Assembly (NCBI GenBank): GCA_951406725.2
Contig: OX597834.1
Location: forward strand, 34,596,001-34,660,000
Source of the DNA: Octopus vulgaris
Taxonomy: Eukaryota
Reading direction: 5' to 3'
DNA length: 64,000 nt
The notes beneath the pieces were generated by a model that saw only the letters and a list, made by a program, of their open reading frames with translations, was not told the DNA's origin and ran no database searches. Below, piece after piece: positions 13,531 to 28,465 of the stretch (positions are counted from its first letter, which is position 1; the number at the start of each line of letters is the position of its first letter). The position numbers and the translations under genes were made by a program.

Positions 13531-14726
13531 GTATCATGTGAAAAGCACTTAGTCCATTCAGTATAATGGTTCATGTTAGGAAAGGCATCTGGCTGTAAAA
13601 ACCATGCTGAAGTAGACAGTGGAGCTTGGCACAGTCCTCTGGCTTACCAGCTCCTGTCAAAGCATCCACCTCATGCCAGCAGAGCAGATAGACATTATAT
13701 GATAATGATGATGATGATGATGATACAGACATGGGGCTTCTTTCAGTTTTTGTCTACAAAATCCACCCACACAAGGCTTTGGTTAACCTGGTGCTATAGT
13801 AGAAGACACATGTGCAAGGTGGGACTGAACCCAAAACTATGTATTGAGAAGCAAGTCTCTTACAACACAGCCATGGCTGTCTGTTTTATTTTATTTTCGT
13901 TTTTGTTTTCTACAGTTTATAAGCTTTCCAATCATCTGAATGCTTGTGTGTGTTTATTTTGTTGCTCATGTATTCATTTGTGTGAGTTTAGTAGCATGTG
14001 TATTTGTGTTTGGTTGTGCATGTTTATTTTTGTGGTCTTTAGCTTGTTTATGAGTGTCTGTGTGTGCAAGCATTATACTGTACATGTTTACGGTGTTGCA
14101 TGCATGTAGTTTTGCATGTGTGGTTGTGCATGGTCATGTGCCTGTGCATGGTTGTGTGTGTGTATGCATGTGCATGGTATGTGTGACTATGTGCGCATAG
14201 TTTGTGTGCATGGTATGTGGTCATGATTGTGGGGGGGATGCATGGTTGTGTGTATGTATGAATGCATTGCTGTGTGCTCGTTTCAATAGTTAAAGATATC
14301 TAAAACTGATAGTAATTACTCAAGATATAAGCAGGCCAGTAAATTACCAGTTAATACACATAAAACTCTTAATCTAAGCTAGATTGTCTACATGAATTTT
14401 TTCTTTTTCTTTCGATACATCCACAATTTTCAACAAATTTTACAGACTTGTCAGCAAGCACATTCAGACTATCAGGGGGGAAGAAGATAGCAACTGACAG
14501 TAAATCGTATTTAAGAAAAGTTCCAAGATTATCTTCGATATTCTGAAGGCTACATATGCAGCCATCATGATTACTGATCTATATATTAAGGAGAGAAACA
14601 TGGATTGAGAAAACTGAAGAAATATTGAAGGTGATATTTTCTACACCAGCTGACAGATCTTTCCATGCAAACAACTTCAATTAATTGCCGTGTTACAAAG
14701 CTGTACAGCAAATAGACGAACATTAG

Positions 14727-14830
14727 CTTGGAGTTTGGAATGCCAGAAAAATCGGCCAAAATCTTGAGGAATTATTAATACTGGATATGCTGTCTAGAAG
14801 AATTAGCGTTTGTTCTTTGAGTGAAGAGTT
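14727..14830 (+). mobile_element. Probable LINE AP-endonuclease N-terminal remnant
   Basis: LGVWNARKI...LEELLILDMLSRRISVCSLSE resembles IGTWNVRTL....E+.R..IDI..LSE. Confidence 0.45.
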
Positions 14831-17800
14831 TTGCATTAAATCAATGAACAGAATATTTGAGAGAATATTTGCATATTTAGTATTTTTATTTGTTTCAGTC
14901 AACAGCTCTAAGCAGGGCCTATAAAAGTGAAGTTCAACCAGTATATTGGTCCAGGCAGGAGCCCATGAATATCTGACAGTCCCCACCACTCCCTCAGAAA
15001 CAAAAGCAAAAACCCTCATGACTCCTTGAATTTTGTGAAGGAGTAAGAGGGGTCCTGAAGCAGTCTTGTTCTACTGTGCAAAATTCCTCTCAGAGGTCCT
15101 GAGTTTTTATTTCTTTAGGAGTAATACTAAAATAAGGAGACTCCAATGGCAAGGGAAAGGAGCATCTACTTGGCAGACACTCGGCCTGCTAGAAATAGCA
15201 GCCAAATGTCTCTTAACTCATATTCCACCATCTCAAATAAAAAATGCATAAGACAATGTAATCCTTTAAAATATATATGCAAAAAAGATGGAATAGTTGT
15301 GGCTAGAACACTTTTGATCATATGACTAAATGACAACCACCAAAATAAAGTGGTAGTAAAATCGGAAAAAATATGTTTTTAGTCACAGAAACGAGAAGGT
15401 AGGTTCACAGAGTAAAGTAAAGTTGCAGCTGAATCAAGTAGATGATCCAATTTCAATTCCACTCCCCCTACCCACCCTGGGGTACAGGAGAAATAGTACA
15501 CCATGTCATTGTCTTTAATACCATTAACAAAGACACAATCAACTTAATTTCCTATTTCCTCTCTGCAATAAATCTCAGGCTTTACCACAATTTAACAAAT
15601 TAAGATTTTAATTGCAAAAAAAATTAAACCCAATAAATCATATTTATTTTATACAAATAGCAAAGAAATTCCAAATTTATTTTCTAATGGTTAGGTCAAA
15701 TGAGGAAAGTTAGTACCCATAACATTTTCAGGTTCTTTGAGCTTGGTGAGAAGAAGCTAAACTGGGACTGGAGATCTGCTTACAACGGAATCTACTCAAG
15801 ATACCCAAAGGCCAGATTGTCATGGAGGAGGGGGAATAGGGTTAAACTAGGGGACAGATAAAGTCTAGTGCAAAAATGTTAGTTTAAGACAGAGTTTTAA
15901 CATTGCAAAAATAAAATTCAAAACAAATCCTGACACATTATGAAGATCTTAACTAATTTGCAAGTTAACATTATTGTTGTTGTTCTTGCTGTTGCTGAAC
16001 TCTAGTCATCGTCTTTGTATTTGGTTTGCAAGATTCTTGATATGAATTCGTAAGTTGAAACAAATTTTGTTATGTCTTTGGAGGGTCACTACGCCAATAA
16101 TAATAACACATGCATTGGTGCAATATCACTTCTTCATTGTTAATCAGTTGGTTAAATATCCAACCAACTAACTAATCGATCAGTTTTTCCAATGTGCTAG
16201 TTAAGCAATCAATCAGTTGTTTGTTAGTCAAAGTTCTTTTGTTGCTGTTTGGAGAGAGAGAGAGAAAGATGGAACGTGTTATGAAGGAGATTTGGGTTGC
16301 TATTTCCATCAGGTTGAATGACTCCACATAAACTTCAAAGTGGCTTAATGCCCTTCCTATCACCAACCACTTTACAGAGTGTACTGGGTACATTTTATTG
16401 CAATACCTGTCAGTGAGTTTGCTTTATATCCCATAAACTATAGACTAAATAAAACCAGAATAAAAAAAAAGGTAGATTTAGATAAGTTTATATTGCAAGT
16501 GAGGATGAGGGAATTGTGAAGTTTTATGTCATTTCAGCAAAATGCTTCATCAGAGAGAAAAAGATAAATTTTTCCCTTCACCAGCAAAGGAAACTTGGGT
16601 GAAAACATCAAGATTTTCATCTCACCATGACATGAATTTATCTAGATTTACCAAAGTCATTATATATATATTATATATATATATATATTATATATATATA
16701 TATTATATATATATATATCCACACTGAAATGGCTATAAAACTGTCTGCCACAATAGATCCAAACTCTACAGGAGATTTCCAAGCAATCAAGCTTATCCTG
16801 CACCATATTGTACATTTGGAAATATACAGAGTAGAAGAGAAAGGGGGAAAAAAAACAGGATTATGTAACAAACAAACAAAAATTTAATTATAAGAATTTA
16901 ATAGTATTCCTGTGTTTGGGGTGTGTTTCTTAAAATAGTCAACAGATTTGTATCAGTTATTGAACTCAGACTGAAGAATAATTCTAATGAAATGTCTATA
17001 GAGTGATTGACATTCATGGTCAGTGTTCTCAATGTAGAAAGAATGATGGATATTTTAAATGAATATAATGTTTTGTGTGTGTGTGTGTACATCTACATAC
17101 ATACATACATATATACATACATACATACATACATATATATTTATATATATAAAACAGATATATAATGTATATATATATATATAATACATACATACATACA
17201 TATATATATATAATACATATATAATGTGCACACACACATATAATGCTATCGTCAAAGTGATTGGTTAAAAATGTCATTTCACACCCAAATAAACCTTTAA
17301 ATACATACATTTATCTCAACTAAATTAAGTTTTACTGCTGGTTTTATATCTCTTCTTTTAAACTGTGTGTGTGTGGCGCAGATATAGTTAAACTGTCGTC
17401 CTAAATACTAGTTTACAATATAACTGGAAACAAGATAATTATTTGGTAGCAAACTTTAGGTAGATCTTTAGAAGAAGAAGAAAAAGCATACAAACACCAA
17501 AACAAAACTCTGTTCAATTTATCACACAATTCTCCTAACGGTTGTCTATTATCGGTTTATTCTACTCAGGCAAGAAGAAGAGTGATTCTGTTTGATTCTC
17601 TGCCAAAGTTGATAGCCAACAATTTTGTCTTCAATTAACATTAAGATCTTCTCTTTTGCAATCCATACATCAAATAAACCGTTTCTATCTTGTTTAATTA
17701 ATTACAACTTGCAATAAATAGTAGGTTGCAAGTTCTACCAATGTTTATAATAAACATTTCAGTTGTTGTGATATTGCAAAGTTCAAAATAGGAACTTTGG

Positions 17801-18291
17801 GGGTAAAAAAAAAAAAAAGAAAGAAAAAAGAAAGAAGTCAATGTTTTGGAGAAGAAAAAAAAAAAGAAAAAATATACAAAATCTTCTGAAAAACTAAAGG
17901 AGAAATACATAAATATCAAATTGGTATCAATGTATTAAATTAAGAAGTTCGTCATAAATATATATTATGTTGTAAGTTTAATGAATTTGTTTCGAAAAAT
18001 CTTCCATTTTTATGAGATAGCTAAGTTTTATGGAAAAAGAATGTAAGCAGTTATAGTGTGTGGTGTAGGGGTGGGGGGACAAAAATAGCAAATATAAATT
18101 GAAAGACAACAACAACAACAACAACAGTAGTCACATTAACTGCTCAGTTCAAATACTTGAGTAAACATGTAGTAAACTGTTTCCAATCAATAGGATTCTA
18201 AGAAATAATATCTTTCAAAGTCTCTTTTGTCAGGAAATGCAACGAAAGTCAAATTCAATTTTGAACACACACACACACGACACACACACAC

Positions 18292-18328
<37 letters not shown>

Positions 18329-20701
18329 GAAGAGCAAGAGAGCAGATTTTTACAATACACAATAGCTCTATAGATATAACTCACATACACCTACAATCAT
18401 ACATCATTATTATCAACAGCACTACCATGAGTTCAACAAGAAAGCCTCTACATTGTTGCTCAACATGCTAAAGATAGCAACCAAATCCCCACTAAATTTG
18501 CACTCAATTGTCTTTAAAAGAAAAAGACAGAAAGGATTCATTTGATGAATGTAGTTCTGGATATATTAAAAGACAGGATGGTCACAACTGGAACTCCACT
18601 AACTATACTGTCAGCTTAATCAGTACTAACACAACAGTATACTTTGTGAGGGTTTTTGAGAGTGATTCTAGCCAAACAAGGAACAGTTATGTGAGCACTC
18701 AACCTACAAGAAATAGCATCCAAATCTTCTTCAAATCTTACCTACCATTTTATATAAAAGACAAAAGGTAATGTAGCCTTACATAACCTACATATAAGGC
18801 TGAAAGGTCAAAGCTGAGATGCTTTTAAACAATAATCCACTCAAAGTTACCTGCGACAGAACAATAACATGTTTCATTGGCTTGTGCTTTTAAATCTTTG
18901 GTCTGTCTATATCATGGTGCAACCCACAATCTAGTCACAACACTGTCTTTACATCCATGAAATATTACTATCTGCATGTCTGCCTCACTCAGATAACATT
19001 TTGTCTTCTTACTTGTACAATCCAGCTGTGATCACATGTCATCTTTTATTCAGAAATGTTGCATTGAGGACTACATTATCCTATGTGTCCTTCCATCTTC
19101 AAAATAGTATACCTCAATTTAAAACAGATTTGTCTGCTATTTCTAGAAAACCAGGTAACCACATAGAGGTTCCATTATTGGCTTGCAAATAGAGATAACA
19201 ATCTCCTAATGCGTCTTCACTTAAACTGTCTTAAACCACCTAACCAATACTAATTTTACCAATTATACTAGTTATGCATCCAAATTATTTTACCAATAAT
19301 CTCTGGTAATGCATCCGTCTAAATAATTCATATATTTTCATATATATATATTCATATATATTAGCAATAATTGTCTGCCACAATAAAATGTACCCAATAG
19401 AGAGGTTGGTGTGTGGAAGGGCAACCAGCGGTAGAAAATATACCAAAAATTGAAATTTGCAAACAAGATATAGTCCTCCAGCTCATCTATGAAGACAGTA
19501 ACTCTGAAGAACTGGCTCAAACCATGACAACCTGTCCAATCCAATCCAGCAAGGAAAGTGGACATAAGAATTATGATGATGATGAGGACCTCAACTAAAT
19601 CTTCACCCAAATAGGAGTTTATCAGATGGATATTTTACCACAATCCCAAAGGAAAAAAACATCAACCACAATACGCACGTGCGCACATGCACACACACAC
19701 ACACACATAAAATCAACAACGTACTACATATATTAGCTTGTTTTTAAGTGAAGTTATATATAAAAACAATTTAACATTTTATTGAAGGATTACTCAAACC
19801 GTTTAATACTAAAGTAATATTTTAGTAGTACTTTTTAGGTTTATTAGTTTTTACATAGTCAAATGATGGCTAGTAAGCCAAGTTACTATCAGTCTTTTTA
19901 CCTTGTAAAACATATAAGTCATATGGGTGGTAATCATATATAACTGCATTATCTAACAACTGCAATTATGTAACTACAAGATATGTGTGTGTGTGTCTGT
20001 GTGTGTGTGTAATGTACAACAACTGCAATATACAGCAACTGCAACATAAAAATGTTCCCCACAACAACAGCAGTATATGACTGGATACAAGAAAGCAATC
20101 AGAAACTAAATCGTTATTTGTAATTGTTGTATATATTATCTAATTAATCCAATACAAACTTTTTCCAATAACATCTAATAGCTTCAATGTTATTATTCTG
20201 CTTTCTATGAAAAGATCTAAAGCTAGATAATTTTTTTTTTTTTTCATCTTCTGAATTTGATGCTTTTGAATCAACATAAAATAAATATATATACATACAT
20301 TACATATATATACATGCATATATATATACATATATATATACATACATATACACACACACGCGCGCGCACATAAAATTATTTCAAAGCTGAGTCTGTATGA
20401 ATTGCTACTCAGTTTCTTGTTTCCAGTCTGCATAACCAGAAAACAAGTGGTGATTCTCATAGACAAAGATTCCCATAAATGTTTTTCCATTCTACCAAAC
20501 AGAATTGCAATTCATATGAGTATGAATAATATATGCAACAAAACCTCCATAAACTAGAATAAGAATCCCTACAAAGGACAATCAGGCAATATCAATGTAT
20601 GGAATAATGTAAACAATAAAATCACCAAGAAACCAAGAACCCCTAAATAAATTCAACCCTATGAGAACTAAGAATGATACATACATACATATACACACAC
20701 G

Positions 20702-20755
<54 letters not shown>

Positions 20756-20881
20756 CATTTATTTGTTTTTAAGCGTAGTTATATATTTATAAACAAATAT
20801 TAATTGAAGGATTGCTCATGTCATTTGAGTGATCCCTCAATTAATGAGTAATCCTGCAATTTATTTTAACAAGCAAAAGAG

Positions 20882-20972
20882 GTTAACAGTAACTTTGAAG
20901 TTTCAGCTAAGCTGCCCTTGTCAGAAAATCTAATGAGAGCAACTGAGTTGAAACTTTAAAGTTACTGTCAAC
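20882..20972. repeat. ~90-bp inverted repeat of hammerhead-like motifs
   Basis: gttaacagtaactttgaagtttcagctaagctgcccttgtcaga-aaa-tctaatgagagcaactgagttgaaactttaaagttactgtcaac. Cores are CTAATGA and CTGACAA, each followed by GAAA-C...G-TT. Confidence 0.6.
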
Positions 20973-21140
20973 GTTTTCCCTTTAAAATAAAATGTGTGTG
21001 TGCATGCATGTGTATGGGGGAGAGAGAGAGAGAGTGACAGAGTGTGTGTGTGTGCACATGTGTGAGCGCTTAGATACTAATAATTACCCTAAGCCTTCAA
21101 AGATGGTTTTGCAGTGAATCATCCTATAAGCTATTTTTTT

Positions 21141-21530
21141 TATGGTACAGAAAATGGAACATAACAAACAAGCTAAGAAGAGCTCAACATGGCTAGAAAC
21201 ACATTATATTTGCAATAAGATAGAAAGAAGGACAATAAAACAATCAGATGGATTGAAGAACAAACAAAACTAAATGATATTATCAAGCTTAGAAGGCAGT
21301 GGAAACAGAATGGAGCTGGACCTGTCCGAGAAGAAGAGCGGCAGTAAAAAAGTTGTAAAAGCTAACAGACTCGATTTCAATAAAATGTAAAAGAAACAGA
21401 GGACAATAACAAAGAAGACAGAGAAATGAATTAGATTGTTTCACAAAAATTGAGGATCAAAAACTCAAAACTGAAGGTTATGAAGAAATATATGGAAGAT
21501 CCTTTACCCAGCATTGGGAAAGTAAGGGCT
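21141..21530 (+). mobile_element. RTE-clade LINE 3' fragment
   Basis: YGTE/WNIT, WIEEQTKLNDIIK, a decayed WAGHV-like motif, KRNRGQ and a terminal FTQHW, with frameshifts. Confidence 0.7.
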
Positions 21531-21556
21531 AATTTGATTGAATTAATCCTCCAACA

Positions 21557-21850
21557 CAGTGGTTCTCAACTATTTTTTTTTACCTATGGACCCCTTTGAT
21601 TACTATTTTACTCTGGTGGACCCTCATAGACATTTGATGTTCAAAAACTAGTTTTATAGATACTTCTTTCAAATTTCCTATTTTGTCTTTCATGCATTTA
21701 CTTGTGGAGGTTGAACTTTGTAAAACATTAGAGAAAGAAACCTAGCTGTTTTTTGTAATCAATAGATCTAAAGCAAAATTTTTTTCATGGACCCCACCAA
21801 ATCTTATATGGACCCCAGGGGATCATGTGGACCCTGGTTGAGAACCACTG
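21557..21850. mobile_element. hAT-Charlie-type MITE
   Basis: Perfect TIRs CAGTGGTTCTCAAC / GTTGAGAACCACTG, imperfect 8-bp TSD ctccaaca / ttctaaca, and repeated subterminal TGGACCC motifs. Confidence 0.9.
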
Positions 21851-21886
21851 TTCTAACATAAACTAATAATAATGGCTACACTTCTG

Positions 21887-22067
21887 CAGGAGTATAGCAA
21901 GTTGTCAGGGAAAGGGAGCAATCTGCCTCAGGTGATGCTTTTATAGGGGCAGCACTTTAAGGTCTGTTGTATAAGCCCGTAAAAATTGTATTGCTGGTGT
22001 GGGAAGACAAACTCAAGGGCTCCCCAGGTAGCATGCTAAAGTGCACACTACCTGGGTAGTATCACTG
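21887..22067 (-). mobile_element. hAT-like MITE copy (reverse orientation)
   Basis: Reverse complement contains gcttatacaacagaccttaaagtgctgcccctataaaagcatcacc, matching the 43288 and 52234 copies. Confidence 0.6.
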
Positions 22068-22666
22068 TTCTTCAAATTTTAATAGCAAAGAAGATAATGA
22101 TATTTAATGTAAATACAATACAAGGAATGCTTGAGAGTAGAACAAATAGCTGATTAAATCATTCAAAAAACTAACTAGTTCATTTCTGGAGGGGGGGTTA
22201 TTTCTTTTTTGGGGGTTTTAGTTTATATCAAAGCCAGAAGAAAGAAAAGCAAAGCTGAAGGAGGAAGGCAAAGTGTTAAATTCAGACAGCAAAGGTAATA
22301 TAAATAGCTGAAGAGGAAGTATGGTAATTAAAATAAATGTAGTTGCTATGATGAGGAAAGGAAAAGGTTTGATATTTCAGAATCAGATTCTTACTGTTTT
22401 TGTCTGATTCTGGTTTTAACTAAATTACTTGAAAGTATTTTGTCTTGTATTCTACCAATCCTGCCAATAAACCAACCAAAATAAGTAATGACATTCATTC
22501 ACTTTTCTTCATTAATTTTCACTTAGAATTTTCCGGTGTAATTCTTGGATGGCTGGATGATGGGGAGGGAATGGTTGCTTTTTAAAAAGAAACCTTCAAG
22601 ATGTTTCTAGAATCAGAACTGATACATGAAGTGGTTCCTAATGAAACAGGGACATCAGAAGCAGAT

Positions 22667-23047
22667 TTTTATCTTTTACTTGTTTCAGTCATGAGACTGC
22701 AGCCATGTTGGGACACTGTCTTCAAGAATTTTAGTCAAATGAATCGACCTCAGTACATTTTGCTTCTTGAAGCCTTGTACTTATTCCATCAGTTTCTTTT
22801 GTCAAACTGCAAAGTTATAGGGATGTAAACACGCCAACATCATTTGTCAAGCAGTAGTGGGGAGCAAACACAAACACACCCATAGGACTGATTTCTTTCA
22901 GTTTCTGTCAACTAAGTTTTCTTTCAAGATTTTGGTTGGCCTGAGGCTATAGTAGAAGACTTTTGCCCAAGGTACCACACAGTAGGATTGAGCTCAGAAC
23001 CATGCGGTTGGGAAGCAAACTTCTGATTACACAGCTACTCCTGTGCC
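22667..23047 (-). mobile_element. Copy of the same composite SINE
   Basis: Colinear with 49813-50220. Other minus copies at about 13730-13877, 25590-25925, 29810-30188, 34405-34612 and 47263-47626. Confidence 0.8.
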
Positions 23048-23544
23048 TATAGTGAAATATCATGGAAATTTCTGGTAACAACAGTAGAACATTACCTCAT
23101 TTTGTGTGTGTGTGTGCTTGGAGTGAGTGTACAGAAAAATGTTTTGGGGGAGTAAGCATGTACGCCGGAGTACATGTGGTGATATATGTATGTGAGTGAA
23201 TGTGTAGGAGTGTGTGTGTGTAAAAGAATGTTTCTGCATCTATCCTGTGTGTGTGCATGCATGCATATGATTAGTAGGTGGCACATCATGTGGCCAATGT
23301 GTGTGCTGTGTGTTGGTCTGTGTGTATATGCAGTTTTTGCCTGCATACATGTGTGTGCACATGTAAATTTATATATGTATATGTGTTGATAGATTGTTGA
23401 AGTGCATATATGTGCATAACTGTATGCATGCATGAATGTGCTTACATGCATATATGTACCTGTTTGTTCACATGCATGGATGTGTCCACAAGTGTGTGTA
23501 GTTGTGTAAGCGCATGTGTGATGTCTTCTCTTACAAGATTGTTA

Positions 23545-23975
23545 AAAAGAGAAAAGGAGTTGAAGAAGGACAAAGAGAATGAAAGACAGTAGAAGCTACA
23601 TTGAAGGGAAACATGAATGAAAGAGAAAAGAGAAAGAGAGAGAGTAAAAAGAAAGAGAGAGTGAGTAGAGTAAAAAGAGAAAGAGAGAGTGAGTAATGTG
23701 AAAAACTGAGAGAGAAAAAATGAATATATGGAGACTGAGTAAAAAGAATGACAAAATAAAAGAGTGAAGAGAAATCACAAAGAAAGAAAAGAGGGAGACA
23801 GAGAGAGTTTAAAAAAAGACAGAGTAAAATGTAAGAATAAGTAAAAAGAGTGAAGAGGGAGAGAAAGAGGAAAGAGAAAGCTAATAAAGAGAAAGAAAGA
23901 GTAAAGAGGAAGAGAGAGTGTAAAGAGAAAGAGAGAAAGTGTAAAAGGAAAGAGAGTGTGAAAAAGGGCAAAATG
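23545..23975 (+). repeat. Long purine-rich (GA/GAAA) low-complexity tract
   Basis: About 430 nt that are almost entirely A/G with scattered T. Confidence 0.85.
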
Positions 23976-24961
23976 AGTGTTGAATAGCTGCGATGTTTGG
24001 TTGATCAGTGAAGAATTAGCCTTGAACAACTTGTACGCTATTCTGATTAGTTCCAACATCTCTAACACAACCACTTCTGCTAAAGGTTAGACATTTCTTT
24101 CAAACATTTTGCACTATAACACTGAAATGCATGCCTCACACACACACACACGCACACAACTTACACAATACATACAGAACATTTACAATCACACAGAAAA
24201 TACTTGCAAAACAATGCAACACATGTATGCACACACACACACACATACAACTACATAAACACACACACACAGCTTTTCGTCACTGATAGATGCATGTGAT
24301 TGTGTCCCGTCCCTCCACAAGTCAGTCCTGATTGAGAACACCTATGATCAGAGGCACTCCAGCCATGACAATCTGTCTTTTTTAAGAAATTGTATATCAA
24401 GACTCTAATATGTACTTTCTAAAGAAGAAAGAAGAACATGATTTGAGGAAGATTTGGCAGCTGTTTCTTGCAAGTAAAGCAATCACATAGAGCTTCTTTG
24501 TTGATTGATGGCTGCTTTTGTTGTTTAACCCCAGATTAAGTATGATTGAGCAGACCCAGGATGAAAGGCCATAAATGTCCTGTCCTTTTTTTAGGGCGGA
24601 TGCAGGGTGTCTAAGACCACAGTATTTAATATGTTTTGAATCCGGTTGATTATACCATTCAATGCATTTATGTGCATGGTTTGAACTTCAAGCTTTCTTA
24701 GGAGAGCTAACAAGATGCATTTATTCATGTTTGCCAAACCATCCAAAGAGATTGCCTGAATATGTAGCATTTCAAGAATTTAGCCAGACTGATCCTAAAA
24801 AGACCCTGCATCTCAGTCATGCTCAATTTATCACTTCAGCAAATAGTAAAAAAAAATAGTGAGTCGATAACCAGTAATAATTTTTATATCAGTAGTATTG
24901 AAAGATGAGATGACTTCACCATCTACAATAATAGAAAGTTTACAGAATCCAATTGTAAAGT

Positions 24962-25275
24962 GAAGGCACATGGCTTAGTGGTTACGGTATTTGGTTCAAG
25001 ATAATAAGACTGTGAGTTCAATTCCAAGCACTGCATTGTATCCTTGAGCAAGACATTGCTCCAATCCATTCAGCTGGCAAAAATGAGTTGTACCTTTAAT
25101 TCGAAGGGGCCGGCCTTGTCAATTTCTGTGTCACGCTGAATCTCCCTGAGAACTATGTTAAGGGTACACGTGTCAGTGAAGTCTTCAGCCACTTACATGT
25201 AACTTTCAAGAGCAGTCTGTCCCGTTTATCAGATCAACTGGAACAGTCATTGTCATAACCAACATCGTGCCAGTT
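24962..25275 (+). mobile_element. tRNA-derived CORE-type SINE; related copies at about 51480-51745 (-) and 46690-46825 (partial)
   Basis: GAAGGCACATGGCTTAGTGGTTA A-box, GAGTTCAATTCC B-box, then TCCTTGAGCAAGACA..CAGCTGGCAAAAATGAGT. Confidence 0.7.
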
Positions 25276-26229
25276 ATGCAAATAAAATAAATTTACGATT
25301 TCAAGCTGAGGGATTCAGAATTCATTAGGTTACATGTCTCCCACAACAGTAATTTGAAAGGAATCCTTGTCAATTTTCTTTAAAATTTAGTACTAAAAGA
25401 TACAAAGACAATGAAGGTTAACATCAACAATTTTTCTTAACTGAAATATCTCATTGAGAAAGAACTGATAGCAGCTTTCTGGAAAATTCTTTCAAATCCA
25501 AACCAAAGAACTGGAAATTTCAACTGAAGACATTAAATTTTTACGTCAAACTAAGCAAAGAAAAATACAAACAGCTTACATCTCTTTCCTATACCTTTTA
25601 ATTGTTTCAGTCATTGGACTACAACCATGCTGGGGCACCACCTTGAAGACCTTTTTTTTTAAAGTCTGGTACTTATTCTATTGATCTATATTACTGAACT
25701 GCTAGGTTATGTGGACATAAATAAGCTAACACCAGTTATTAAAGAGTAGAAGAAACAAACACACACTAACACACAACAGGCTTCGACACAGTCTCTGTCT
25801 ACCAAATTCAATCGCAAGACATTCATCAGCCTGGGACTATGGTAGAAGACACTTGCCCAAAGTAGGACTGAACCTGAAACCATGTGGGTGCAAAGAGAGT
25901 TTCTTAACCACACAGCCATTCCTGCATGTAATGTTGAAGTACATTCACTAATTTATAGCTATTTGAAGATTTAGATCCAGAATATGTGTAAGGACAGCCA
26001 CCTTAAATTATCTCACTGACAGAGGAAATTTTCTAGAATTATCAAAGAAAAAGTATGAAAACATCAATAAAGAATAGTGAGAGTTAACTTTGCAACGGAA
26101 TTAAAATTCAGAACCACAGAAATATTTCTCAAGAAAAAAATAGAGATAAACTCTGATTCCCAATTATCTCAAAATTAATGATAAACTTCCTACTATTGTA
26201 TCATTCTTCAACTACAACAGAAAAAAAAA

Positions 26230-26830
26230 AGTGGTTTTCTGTGGTAAACAAGTTAAAGGTAAAAAGTCATTCCTAACTATGTATGGAAACACTAAATGTC
26301 TTATTATGTGGGAGAAAAAGTCTTTAAAAAAAATACATGTTCAGAATGGCAACTATCTGAAAAATTGTTTGAAAATAAAATTTTTTAAAAATGACAAAAA
26401 AAATAAACCTGGAGGAAACCAAACTATATATCAATGAAGAAGGAGAAACAATAATTTATTATTATTTTTTTGTTTTGTATAAAATAAGGTTAGTCATGTT
26501 TTCTTTATTTAATTTGGTAAAATCCAAGAACGTATGGTGAATTTTAGAAAATCATTTGGTAAAATCCAAGAAAAATCATCTGGAAATTCAACCAACAAGC
26601 AAACTTAGAACAACACAACACAGTCACAAATGTATTAAGCTTGGAATAACATAGAAAGTCCAGAGAATAAGAAAAATAGATGAAAAAACAAATAAAACTA
26701 TATGAGATTGTTGAGTTTATAAAAACCTTTGAAATGGAGTTGAGCTGGACACATCAAGAGGATAAATTACAACAGGTGAACTAAAAGGCAGACGTAGAAA
26801 TATAGATAGAGTCTTTACTCAGTATTGTAC
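26230..26830 (+). mobile_element. RTE-clade LINE remnant
   Basis: KNDKKNKPGGNQ (KAPG.D-like), KLRTTQ..LGIT and KWS*AGHIKRINYNR*TKR (KWRWAGHIARR.D.RWTKR-like). Confidence 0.65.
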
Positions 26831-28402
26831 TCAGGAAGAGAAATGGTTGATCTAATTGATTGAGAAGTAGAGAAATGGTAGAATCAGTAAAGGATCAGAT
26901 AGTATTATCTATATTTAGTTACAACCTTTACATTCTTGAATTCAATTCTCAAACAGGTAGACTCTTGTCATTCTTCCAGGGTCGATAAAATAAAGTACCA
27001 GTCTTAAACAAGGGAACAATTTAATCAGTTATTCCCTTTGGTTTTATGCTTAAGTTTGAAATCAGTTATACACACCTAGATTTATACAAAACATTGGTGG
27101 TGGTGGTTGTTGTTGTTGTTGTCGTTTTTGATCCCAGGCCAGCTTCAATCAAACAAACCTATTATCAAATGCATTCCAGTTATGACCATTCCTCCCCCAG
27201 AGGTAACATCTCTAAATCTACATTACCCAATATAGTTTTCCTTTTCTGAAGTCAATAGGAAACGATTTGAACGAGATTTGGGCATTATTTCTAGCAGTTC
27301 AATGCAACCATGCAGAGACTACATCGTTGATAGTATATATCTGCATGTATGAACACACACAAGGTATTGGTTGAATACATATATATACACCTTAAAGTGT
27401 ATAATATACCAGTTACATATGCACAAGTGTGTACAGTATATCCTGGTGTGTACACTGTCCTGGTTAAACACATCTATATACTGTTATTTTTTTAAAGGTT
27501 TCAGAACTTGAACTGTGACCATGCTGGAGCACTACCTTCATGGGTTTCAGTCGGTCATTTCACCCTCAGTACTTGTTTCAGTCTGATACTTATTTTAACA
27601 AACCACTAGTTTTGGTTTCAACATAAAGGGACTCAACTAGACAGACCCATTTACACTGGTAAACATAAGTACATACATGGACACACATACACACATAGAT
27701 ACACACACACAAACACACACATAAATATACGGATACATAGACACACATCCATACACATGGACACACAGACACACATGCATATGAGAGAGAGAAAGGGAAA
27801 GTCTTGGACTGCTGCTGGAATTCACTTAATTGGAAGAAATTACCAGACTTAACAATAAGCTCTTATGCTGTATTCATCCATAATCTGTCAATCACACATG
27901 CTCTTACAGAAAACTTTCTCGCATTCTACAACTACTGCTGCTACTGCAATAAGAAATATATTTAAAATAAAAAGTAAAAAGTGTAGATTCCAAATAGTTC
28001 TCAGATCTATAAATATTTCCTTGTCAAAAGGTATATCCACAGAACATTTACTACAAAGATCAAATAACCAACGTTTGTATTAATGGTTATAATTTTTCAA
28101 GAACAGATCTCTGCATGAAATAGTCTGCAGCTTGTCAAATTCCATCAAAGAAACAGCAGCCAACAATATGAGAATGCATATCAACTGTATATCCACAGAA
28201 CCACCAACACATACATACATAAATACACACATATATAAACATACATACATCTGCATCATTTCTATATGAAGCATAATTATACTTGTTATTATCACATGGG
28301 AATTAGAAATATCAGCCTCATATGTCTCTCTTACAAGCATATGTAAATATAGAGATAAATAGAAAGATAGATAGATACATACATATGTACATACATATGT
28401 AC

Positions 28403-28465
<63 letters not shown>

